This document shows, one piece after another, positions 46,316-54,138 of a stretch of DNA of 64,000 nt. This DNA is from Nitrospirota bacterium. Lineage in GTDB: Bacteria > Nitrospirota > Thermodesulfovibrionia > Thermodesulfovibrionales > Magnetobacteriaceae. The first letter of the stretch is position 1. Every line of letters begins with the position of its first letter. The translations under genes and the position numbers were made by a program. Under the pieces are notes generated by a model. The model had not been told where the DNA came from. It made no database searches and worked only from the letters and a program-made list of their open reading frames with translations. Location: positions 22,317 to 86,316 of the forward strand of contig JAMOAZ010000007.1 in the NCBI GenBank assembly GCA_039908505.1, read 5' to 3'.

Positions 46316-46720
46316 ATGCCCGACATAATTGATATAAGGATATACTACGAGGACACTGACTGTGGCGGTGTGGTTTACTACGGCAAGTACCTGGGGTTTT
46401 TGGAGAGGGCGAGGACTGATTTCCTTGAAAAACGGGGGATAAAAATCCTTGACCTGATGAACGAGGGGATATATTTCGTCGTCGTAAGCGTAGATATCAG
46501 GTATCACAAACCGGCCAGATACGCTGACACAATAAACATCTATACAGAGATAGAAGAGATAACGTTCGCCTCAATAACCTTTGTGCATAAACTATACCTC
46601 AACGGCACACCACTATCTACCGCAAAAGTAAGACTGGCAACCGTCGGGGCACGACCAAACGAAACAGAACTTAAGCCAAGAAAAATGTCCAAAGACCTGA
46701 TTGAGGCGTTGAAAACCTAA
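46316..46720 (+). CDS. YbgC/FadM-family acyl-CoA thioesterase
   Basis: RIYYEDTDCGGVVYYGKYLGFLERART. Confidence 0.92.
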   Translation: MPDIIDIRIYYEDTDCGGVVYYGKYLGFLERARTDFLEKRGIKILDLMNEGIYFVVVSVDIRYHKPARYADTINIYTEIEEITFASITFVHKLYLNGTPLSTAKVRLATVGARPNETELKPRKMSKDLIEALKT

Positions 46721-46767
46721 TGAAAGGGGAAGACAGAAAGTCTGTTACAGTCAAAGCAGGAGACACA

Positions 46768-47094
46768 ATGGAATACTCAAGTTCTGGTCAATTTAATATC
46801 CCGAACACAACAAAAAATGAACTATTATCAAAACTCTCCTCAATACGCAGAGAGTTGCATGAGCGCTTCACGGTTGGGCGTATAGGCATATTCGGCTCAT
46901 ATGTCAGAGGCACTCAGCACCCTGACAGCGATATAGATGTCATCGTTGTGCTTGAAAGACCTACCTTTGATAATTACATGGAACTGAAGTTTCACCTTGA
47001 AGAGTTTCTTGGACAACCTGTTGATCTTGTGATGGCTGATACAGTCAAACCACGAATCAAGCCAGTTATTGAGCGGGAAGCCATTTATGTATAG
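46768..47094 (+). CDS. Minimal nucleotidyltransferase (MNT antitoxin)
   Basis: GIFGSYVRG....DSDIDV, LEEFLGQPVDLV; ATG 46768 follows AGGAG. Confidence 0.9.
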   Translation: MEYSSSGQFNIPNTTKNELLSKLSSIRRELHERFTVGRIGIFGSYVRGTQHPDSDIDVIVVLERPTFDNYMELKFHLEEFLGQPVDLVMADTVKPRIKPVIEREAIYV

Positions 47095-47377
47095 GGACTA
47101 TCGTTTATATTTAGAAGATATCCTTGAAGCAATAAGCCGGATTAAACAGTATACAAGAGGAAGGGATTACGAGAATTTCATTAGTGACACGAAAACTCAG
47201 GATGCTGTAGTACGAAACCTTGAAATCATTGGTGAAGCAGCAGGGCGATTACCTAAGTCATGCCTTCTGGCCGCTCCCGAAACACAATGGCGCAAAATCG
47301 TTGGCATTCGTAACATTCTCACTCATGAATATTTTGGGGTTTCCTTTCCAATCGTTTGGGATATTGTTCAAACCTAG
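47087..47377 (+). CDS. DUF86/HEPN toxin, apparently C-terminally truncated by an amber stop
   Basis: YLEDILEAI, DAVVRNLEIIGEA, RNILTHEY (R-x4-H); TAG at 47375, and the frame continues 16 codons to TAA 47426. Confidence 0.85.
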   Translation: MYRDYRLYLEDILEAISRIKQYTRGRDYENFISDTKTQDAVVRNLEIIGEAAGRLPKSCLLAAPETQWRKIVGIRNILTHEYFGVSFPIVWDIVQT

Positions 47378-47480
47378 CTCGATACATTGGAGACAACATG
47401 CAGGTCACTCCTTGACAATGCCAAATAAGCAATACCATAGTAGAGGGGAAAATGAGACAATCTGAAGTAAGAGAAACTCA

Positions 47481-48758
47481 GTGAAAAGGGTGGCTGTAAC
47501 AAGAAACATACATAGAAGGCTGATAACTCGTCTGCTTCTGGGCTGGGTTGTCTTGTCCATAGTACTTGGAGCGGTTGTGTATTTCATCAAGATAGCGGAG
47601 ATTGACGATCGTGTTACTGACCTTGCAATATCCGAATCCCTATTAATAATAAAAGACAAGCGGTATTTTTCCACACACCTGTCCGAAGCAGATTATAACT
47701 TATTGCGTCAAAATCTCAGGCAGCATATTGAAGACGGCAATTTCATTGTCCTCGAACTCTATACCTCAGAACATAAGAAACTCTTCGAGGTCTCCTCTGA
47801 AGACAAATCTGCAGTAGAGGCGCACGATAAATATATCGAACCGAAAGAAAAGCCTGTTCACTTTGCTGATAAACTCACCTATGTAAGGTTTTTCATACAC
47901 GGCCGTATCTACTTACAGTTTGTTGTGCCGCTATTTGACAGCAATAAAAAGAAATACGGCTATTTAGAGGGTATTTACCGTACAGACAACGAGGCAATGA
48001 GGGATATTAAAAATATTCTCATAGGCTCTTTACTCTTAGTAGTTGTGACGGTTCTTGTAACAGTGGCCATCTTTTATCCAATAATTATGTCGATGAACAA
48101 GGATTTGATAAAACTCACCGTTGACCTGTCAATCTCAAACATCGGGATGCTTGAGGCGTTGGGCAGCGCCATTGCCAAAAGGGACAGCGACACAAACAGC
48201 CACAACTACAGGGTTACTATTTATGCCGTCACGCTTGGAGCTGCGTTGGGCTTAAAAGATGATGAGATGCGAAGCCTAATTAAGGGCTCATTTCTCCACG
48301 ATATAGGGAAAATCGCCATATCTGACAATGTTTTACTAAAACCTAGCAAGCTCACTAAAGATGAGTTTGAGCATATGAAAAACCACACCATTCACGGCCT
48401 TGATATAGTAGGAAGATACGCATGGCTCAGAGAAGCGATAGATGTAGTGGTATACCATCACGAGAAATATGACGGAAGCGGCTATTCAGGACTTAAAGGG
48501 GAAGACATCCCGTTTAACGCAAGGGTCTTTGCGATAGCCGACGTATTTGACGCCCTAACGTCTAAACGTCCATATAAAGAACCATACTCTTATGAAAAGG
48601 CCATTGGGATACTAAAAGAAAACTCAGGGAAACACTTCGACGCAGGGCTGTTGGATGTCTTCATAGACCTGTCTATTGAATTGTTCGAAAAGATGGGCAA
48701 TGCAGATGACGAAATCCTTGAGAAAACCCTGGCTGAGCTGATACGTAAGTATTTCTAA
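47481..48758 (+). CDS. Membrane-bound HD-GYP domain protein (c-di-GMP phosphodiesterase-like)
   Basis: Two TMs flanking a periplasmic domain; HNYRV, LHDIGK, HHEKYDGSGY, IADVFDALTSKRPYK. Confidence 0.9.
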   Translation: MKRVAVTRNIHRRLITRLLLGWVVLSIVLGAVVYFIKIAEIDDRVTDLAISESLLIIKDKRYFSTHLSEADYNLLRQNLRQHIEDGNFIVLELYTSEHKKLFEVSSEDKSAVEAHDKYIEPKEKPVHFADKLTYVRFFIHGRIYLQFVVPLFDSNKKKYGYLEGIYRTDNEAMRDIKNILIGSLLLVVVTVLVTVAIFYPIIMSMNKDLIKLTVDLSISNIGMLEALGSAIAKRDSDTNSHNYRVTIYAVTLGAALGLKDDEMRSLIKGSFLHDIGKIAISDNVLLKPSKLTKDEFEHMKNHTIHGLDIVGRYAWLREAIDVVVYHHEKYDGSGYSGLKGEDIPFNARVFAIADVFDALTSKRPYKEPYSYEKAIGILKENSGKHFDAGLLDVFIDLSIELFEKMGNADDEILEKTLAELIRKYF

Positions 48759-48785
48759 CCCTATTTCTAATCCTATTTCTAACCT
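48750..48785 (+). repeat. 3 x 12-bp tandem repeat reiterating the terminal codons Tyr-Phe-stop
   Basis: TATTTCTAACCC TATTTCTAATCC TATTTCTAACCT. Confidence 0.9.
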
Positions 48786-48793
48786 GGGCAGCC

Positions 48794-50716
48794 CTACTGC
48801 AGATACAGGAAGTTCCTCGTGCTCTCATCGTAAGCGATGATGATACTGTCTTTGGGTTTGAGGTCCTTTAAAACATGTATCTCACTCTTCTTTTCCGGGA
48901 ACAATGTCTCTTCTATTTTAAATCTTACATTGGCCTTCTCAGGGTTTATCATGACCTCGTCATACACAAATACGGCAGAATCCCTTCTGATGCCACGAGG
49001 GTTGAATACCTTTGAGTATATCTCTTTTTGATTTACGGTAATGTCCACCTTGATAGGAGAGCGTTCGCTTGCCACAGATGGGGTTGACCTGTACTTAAAC
49101 GATAGAATGATAGCGCTTTTGTCTGTAGGATAAAATGCCATCTTGAAGTCTGTCAGCGGGAACAAAAGAATAACCGGTACGAGGAGCAGTATAGAGGAAA
49201 CGGCATAGTTCAGCTTGTTTAGTCCCTTTACAACAATCTTTTCCTGTTTTTTACCGCCTTGTATGTCCTTAATAAACGAATCTACCTCTGAAGTTATGTC
49301 TGTGGTAGATGTAGTCATCAATATTCTCACCCTCGATAGGTCTATATCCTGGTTAAGATATGGTTTTCTCTGCCTGCTGTACCGCTCAATAGTCCACCTG
49401 CTGCCTTCTCTGTATTGGCAGTCATCTTTTTCACAGCCCACAAGCAGCACTCCTTTCACCCCTGCGGCAAGCATATCTTTTGGGAAGTTGGGATGGACAG
49501 AGCCGATACATGGGACGGTATATGTTAATACGCTGCTTGTGGCGTTTGCCGCACTGGAACACAGCAGCACAACAAATTCAGGTGATTTTTCTTTTATCTC
49601 ATCAAGCATCGACTGCCACTGAAACCCTGGCATGGTAATCGATTTGAAGCTGCACGACCCTATACATATAGCGCAGCTTGCACATTTATTTTCATTAAGC
49701 ACAGACTTCATTTTTCCATCGAGAGTCCTGCTCATGATAACCGCCTCATATGGGCAGTCCATATAACAGCGCTCGCAACCTGTACATCTATCCTTGTCTA
49801 TCGTAACGACAGCCGGACGTAATCCCCTGATTATCCAAGGAAAAAGACATATGACAATGGTACCGACGCTTACAACAAGCCACATCGTAGAAAGCGGCAT
49901 CACCTTCATAAGCGGATATATGAAGAAATATGCCCAGTCAATTGAGATATCGAATGGTATTTTTGTGAGACTTGCCTCAGGGTCGCTCTTTGCAGAGAAA
50001 ACAATGCTTACAAGCACCAGATACACAGTAAGGCTTATCCACAGGTACCTTGGCGGCACAATCCTTGGCCTTGCGTTTCTCAGTACGTGTATCCACAAAA
50101 CAAACACAATGCCAATGGTCAGCGCCACGTGGAAGTACAGAATCATTCTGAACATACCGCCAAGCAGCTTAATATCAGAGCCAAAAAATGTACTCATTAT
50201 AGAGTGACCGAATATTGGCAGGTACGAAAGAAACTTGCCGGTAAGTATTCCGATAAGCTGTGCCTTGGTGTCCCACACAAGTATATAGCCGGAGATTCCT
50301 ATGATAAGAAAAATCCCAACCCCTAACAAGCCGGTAATCCAGGCCACCCACCTGTAGCTGCGAAAACGGTCTGTCACAAGTACATGCGCCATATGAGCAA
50401 TAGAGACAAATATTATACCGGCTGAGGTATACCTGTGCAGCCCGCGCATAATATTTCCAATAAAAGAATTAGAGATTGCCGTGACCGAGGAATAACAATA
50501 GCGTGGGTCTATCTTATAAAAAATATACAGATAAATCCCTGAGATTGTATCAAGGACAAGCAGAAAGATGGCAATTGCCCCCAGCCAGTAAAGCGGATTC
50601 AGTTCATAAGAAAACGCCTTGCTGAATGCTGTTGATAGTATATGATATAATCTCTGAAGTGTTGCTGTTTTTGAGTGTTCTTGTGCTGGATTATCCGCAT
50701 GTTTAGCTTTACTCAT
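48794..50716 (-). CDS. Cytochrome b/b6-like domain fused to a 2x[4Fe-4S] ferredoxin and an MvhD/FlpD-like domain
   Basis: Four heme His (RGLH, SIAH, LYFH, LWIH), ISGYILVWD; CTGCERCYMDCP and CASCAICIGSC; VPCIGSVHP..GVKGVLLVGCEKDDCQYREG. Confidence 0.88.
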   Translation of the reverse strand: MSKAKHADNPAQEHSKTATLQRLYHILSTAFSKAFSYELNPLYWLGAIAIFLLVLDTISGIYLYIFYKIDPRYCYSSVTAISNSFIGNIMRGLHRYTSAGIIFVSIAHMAHVLVTDRFRSYRWVAWITGLLGVGIFLIIGISGYILVWDTKAQLIGILTGKFLSYLPIFGHSIMSTFFGSDIKLLGGMFRMILYFHVALTIGIVFVLWIHVLRNARPRIVPPRYLWISLTVYLVLVSIVFSAKSDPEASLTKIPFDISIDWAYFFIYPLMKVMPLSTMWLVVSVGTIVICLFPWIIRGLRPAVVTIDKDRCTGCERCYMDCPYEAVIMSRTLDGKMKSVLNENKCASCAICIGSCSFKSITMPGFQWQSMLDEIKEKSPEFVVLLCSSAANATSSVLTYTVPCIGSVHPNFPKDMLAAGVKGVLLVGCEKDDCQYREGSRWTIERYSRQRKPYLNQDIDLSRVRILMTTSTTDITSEVDSFIKDIQGGKKQEKIVVKGLNKLNYAVSSILLLVPVILLFPLTDFKMAFYPTDKSAIILSFKYRSTPSVASERSPIKVDITVNQKEIYSKVFNPRGIRRDSAVFVYDEVMINPEKANVRFKIEETLFPEKKSEIHVLKDLKPKDSIIIAYDESTRNFLYLQ

Positions 50717-50750
50717 GTTTTTATAATATGCTTTAATATAACACTATTGA

Positions 50751-50766
50751 TATGATATATATCATA
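50751..50766. promoter_or_regulatory. Perfect 16-bp palindrome with an FNR/Dnr-like core between divergent genes
   Basis: TATGATATATATCATA contains TGAT-N4-ATCA. Confidence 0.35.
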
Positions 50767-50777
50767 GCATATGACAG

Positions 50778-52535
50778 GTGCTTCATTCTAAAATTAACGG
50801 GAAAAGGAGAATCTGCGTGTACACAACATTGACCAGAGTTTTTATCATCATTGCTGTCTTGTTCGGGTTGTTGACTTATGGGTCTGCAGATAATACTACC
50901 CTTTCAATAGCGCATATCAATGACACGCACAGTCATCTTGAACCATCCAACGTATCACTGACATATAACTCGAGCCCTTTTGTTGTGAGTGCCGGAGGAT
51001 TCCCCCTGATTACCAGTGCCATTTCTGCCCTCAGAGAATCCCGCCCTAACCTACTGTTGCTTCATGCAGGTGATGTGTTTACTGGAACTGTATTCTTTTC
51101 GAAATATCAGGGACTTGCCGACGTAGATTTCCTTAACGCGATGCACCTTGATGCCATGACAACGGGCAATCACGAATTCGACAAAGGGCCTTCAGTCCTT
51201 GCCGCATTTATCAAAAAGGCGACCTTCCCCGTAGTATCTGCAAACCTTGAAATATCTATGGAATCTCCGCTTTACAGCCTGATTAAACCCTATACAATCT
51301 TAGAGAAAAACGGCCGCAGGATAGGCATTGTCGGCCTTACAACCTCTGAGACGCCGTCCATATCCAAGCCAGGCAATTTGGTTAAGTTCAAAGATGTTGT
51401 AAAATCAGCCGAGGCAGCCGTCTCTGACCTAACCAGCCAGGACGTGAATATTATAATTATACTGTCACACATAGGCTATGAAAATGACCTTGAGCTTTCC
51501 CGCGCAGTACCAGGGGTGGATGTTATCGTAGGCGGGCATTCACATTCACTGTTGGGGGATGATACGCTGAGTCAGATTGGCCTTCAACCGGTTGGGCCAT
51601 ACCCGACAGAAGTACGTGGCACAGATAACTCTACCGTATTGATTGTCACGGCATGGGAGTTTGGAAAGATACTTGGCCATATGGATATCGATTTTGACGC
51701 TGACGGCAGGATTGTCTCATATCGGGGGAATCAGGCTGTTATCCTTCCGGAGGAACCGGAAAACAGGACGCCTGAGCTGGCAGAGTTTTATCAATCGACG
51801 GCAAACGGGAAGATTACCTCAAACCCGCGTTTTCAGTTAGTTAAGGCAGACCCCTCAGCAGCACTCAAACTCGATAAGTATAGCGCTCCTATTAAAGGCT
51901 TCATGAGCGGAACGGTTGCTTATGCCGAGGATACCCTTAAACGTGCGAACAATCAGGGGCCGGGGCCGATTATTGCCGACAGTATGCTCCAAAAAACTAC
52001 TGACTTAGGGGCTGATATTGCAATTATGAACTCCGGAGGTGTGCGAATTGACATGCCAAAGGGGAATATCTCAATAGCCGACGCCTACTCCCTCATGCCC
52101 TTTAACAATACGATATATGTCCTGAAGCTCAAAGGTCATCAGATAAAAGATGCCATAGAGTCAACCATAGAGTTTCAGATAAATAAAATGAAAAAACCTC
52201 CATTTGTATACGCCTCCGGCCTTAGATTTACTCTGGACATGTCAAAACCAGCAGGGGAGCGCGTCAAAGCCATGGAGGTAAAGGAACAGGGGACACAGAC
52301 ATATGTGCCAGTAAAAATGAATAGTTTTTACAAGATAGCCGTAAGCGAATACATTGCCAAAGGGGGCGACAATTTTATGTCCATACAGGGGACTGAGGCA
52401 GTTTCCCCGTTGAAGGCGGCAAGTTCTGCTGTTGATACAGGATTTGTAGACTCAGAGGTATTTATTGAATATATCAAGTCACAAAAAAGGCTGAAAAATC
52501 CAACCGAACAGAGGATTCGTATGATTAATAGATAA
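50778..52535 (+). CDS. Exported 5'-nucleotidase/UDP-sugar hydrolase
   Basis: HINDTHSH, LHAGDVFTG, GNHEFD, LSHIG, VGGHSH, NSGGVR, MPFNN, GGDNF. Confidence 0.93.
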   Translation: MLHSKINGKRRICVYTTLTRVFIIIAVLFGLLTYGSADNTTLSIAHINDTHSHLEPSNVSLTYNSSPFVVSAGGFPLITSAISALRESRPNLLLLHAGDVFTGTVFFSKYQGLADVDFLNAMHLDAMTTGNHEFDKGPSVLAAFIKKATFPVVSANLEISMESPLYSLIKPYTILEKNGRRIGIVGLTTSETPSISKPGNLVKFKDVVKSAEAAVSDLTSQDVNIIIILSHIGYENDLELSRAVPGVDVIVGGHSHSLLGDDTLSQIGLQPVGPYPTEVRGTDNSTVLIVTAWEFGKILGHMDIDFDADGRIVSYRGNQAVILPEEPENRTPELAEFYQSTANGKITSNPRFQLVKADPSAALKLDKYSAPIKGFMSGTVAYAEDTLKRANNQGPGPIIADSMLQKTTDLGADIAIMNSGGVRIDMPKGNISIADAYSLMPFNNTIYVLKLKGHQIKDAIESTIEFQINKMKKPPFVYASGLRFTLDMSKPAGERVKAMEVKEQGTQTYVPVKMNSFYKIAVSEYIAKGGDNFMSIQGTEAVSPLKAASSAVDTGFVDSEVFIEYIKSQKRLKNPTEQRIRMINR

Positions 52536-52634
52536 GTGGAGTTTCCACTCTCATATGGTGGGAGATATTGTGGAAGAGTATGTTTAAGGCAGGAGAGATA
52601 AAATTTATTCCCATGTACTAAGGAGGACATTTTA

Positions 52635-53396
52635 ATGAAAGGGAAAGCAGCAGTAATCGCAGCCATATTTGTTGCATTTATGGCTGTAGTAATGGGCGAG
52701 AGTTATGGCGCATCAGAGGCCGATGTCGGGCAAAAGGTATATGACAGAAGATGCGCATTCTGTCACGGGCGAAGTGGTAACGGCGATGGCACAGCGGAGT
52801 TTGTCTATAAGAAAGACAAGGGGAAAATCTGGAAGTTGTATCCGCGTGATTTTACACAGGGTGTTTACAGGTTCAGGTCAACGCAAACCGGAAGCCTGCC
52901 TACTGACGAAGACCTCATGCGCATATTGACTGTAGGCATTCCACGCTCAAGTATGCCAGCAACAAATGACCTGTCAGACATGGAGAAAAAAGCGGTAATA
53001 GCATACCTCAAGACCTTGTCAAGGAGATGGAAAGACGAACAGCCCGGAGTATCAATCTCTGTAGCTGCAAAGCCAGATTGGGTTGGCACGCCGGAGTCAG
53101 TGGAAAAAGGCGCACAGGTGTGGAAGGAGATGAAGTGCTGGGAGTGCCATGGTGAAAGGGGCAAGGGTGACGGTCCAAAATCAATGGACATTAAAGATGA
53201 CCAAAAAAGGCCAATTCTTCCGTTTGACTTCACAATTGGCGCTCTAAAAAGAGGCACTACGGACAAAGATATCTATCTGGCGTACACAACCGGTCTTGAC
53301 GGTACGGGAATGCCTTCATATGAAGACTCACTCGATGAGGAGAAGCGCTGGCATCTGGTGTCTTATACATTAAAACTAATGGGAAAGATAAAATAA
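52635..53396 (+). CDS. Exported diheme c-type cytochrome
   Basis: Signal peptide; CAFCH and CWECH; PRDFT, MP axial-ligand motifs. Confidence 0.92.
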   Translation: MKGKAAVIAAIFVAFMAVVMGESYGASEADVGQKVYDRRCAFCHGRSGNGDGTAEFVYKKDKGKIWKLYPRDFTQGVYRFRSTQTGSLPTDEDLMRILTVGIPRSSMPATNDLSDMEKKAVIAYLKTLSRRWKDEQPGVSISVAAKPDWVGTPESVEKGAQVWKEMKCWECHGERGKGDGPKSMDIKDDQKRPILPFDFTIGALKRGTTDKDIYLAYTTGLDGTGMPSYEDSLDEEKRWHLVSYTLKLMGKIK

Positions 53397-53414
53397 GGAC
53401 GGGAGGTGATAGTC

Positions 53415-53588
53415 ATGGCAGAAGAACCGGCAGGATTCATACAGAAGTTACTTGATAATCCCATAGGACTGTTGATACTTTCAAACGCAGTATTACTGGT
53501 TGTCTACTTTTTATGGGGATTATATAAGATAGAGACAATAGGTCCAATTCCTACTGCGCTGAAAGAAATAATATTAGGAGGTAAGTAA
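53415..53588 (+). CDS. Small single-TM subunit of the heme-copper complex (subunit IIa/III-like)
   Basis: One hydrophobic helix; GGGAGG SD; stop abuts the subunit II start. Confidence 0.7.
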   Translation: MAEEPAGFIQKLLDNPIGLLILSNAVLLVVYFLWGLYKIETIGPIPTALKEIILGGK

Positions 53589-53589
53589 A

Positions 53590-54120
53590 ATGGCACTAAC
53601 CGCACCAGAAAAAGGATGGTGGCATAAAAAGGTATCGAGCGACGAAAAGACGTGGGTAATATTTGCAGCAATCGTTGCGCTGTCTCTCTTTATGTTAATG
53701 GTTGCATGGCATTTACTGGGTAAACAAAACCCATCGTATATCGTCTATTCAACATCACCCGATGAGTTCTATAAACTAGCCCAGGCAAACTGGGAAAAAT
53801 ACAAAGTTGGCGAAGAGTCCGGTATTCCGGTTGTGAAGCCGCCTGCAGACAGCGATGTGTTTATTCTTGCTTCTACATGGAAATGGGAGCCGGTCTTAGT
53901 ACTCAAAAAAGGCGCGAACTACAGATTTCATGTATCTTCAATGGATCTCCTGCACGGCTTTTCCATACAACCTGTGAATATGAATTTTGCTATTCACCCG
54001 GGGTATGACTATGTTCTAACGTTCAAACCGACATCCAGCGGCGATTTCAGGTTAGTCTGCAATGAGTACTGCGGGCCTGGGCATCATGCAATGATTGGAA
54101 AAATAAAAGTTGAAGACTAA
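53590..54120 (+). CDS. Heme-copper superfamily subunit II, B-family-type, CuA-containing
   Basis: Single TM; DLLHGF and CNEYCGPGHHAM CuA ligands. Confidence 0.93.
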   Translation: MALTAPEKGWWHKKVSSDEKTWVIFAAIVALSLFMLMVAWHLLGKQNPSYIVYSTSPDEFYKLAQANWEKYKVGEESGIPVVKPPADSDVFILASTWKWEPVLVLKKGANYRFHVSSMDLLHGFSIQPVNMNFAIHPGYDYVLTFKPTSSGDFRLVCNEYCGPGHHAMIGKIKVED

Positions 54121-54138
54121 GATGAAGGAGGATTTAAG

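Noticed and set aside
47375-47377. Pyrrolysine or programmed recoding at the HEPN TAG
   Set aside because: No pyl genes or PYLIS-like evidence in the window; a nonsense mutation or sequencing error is simpler
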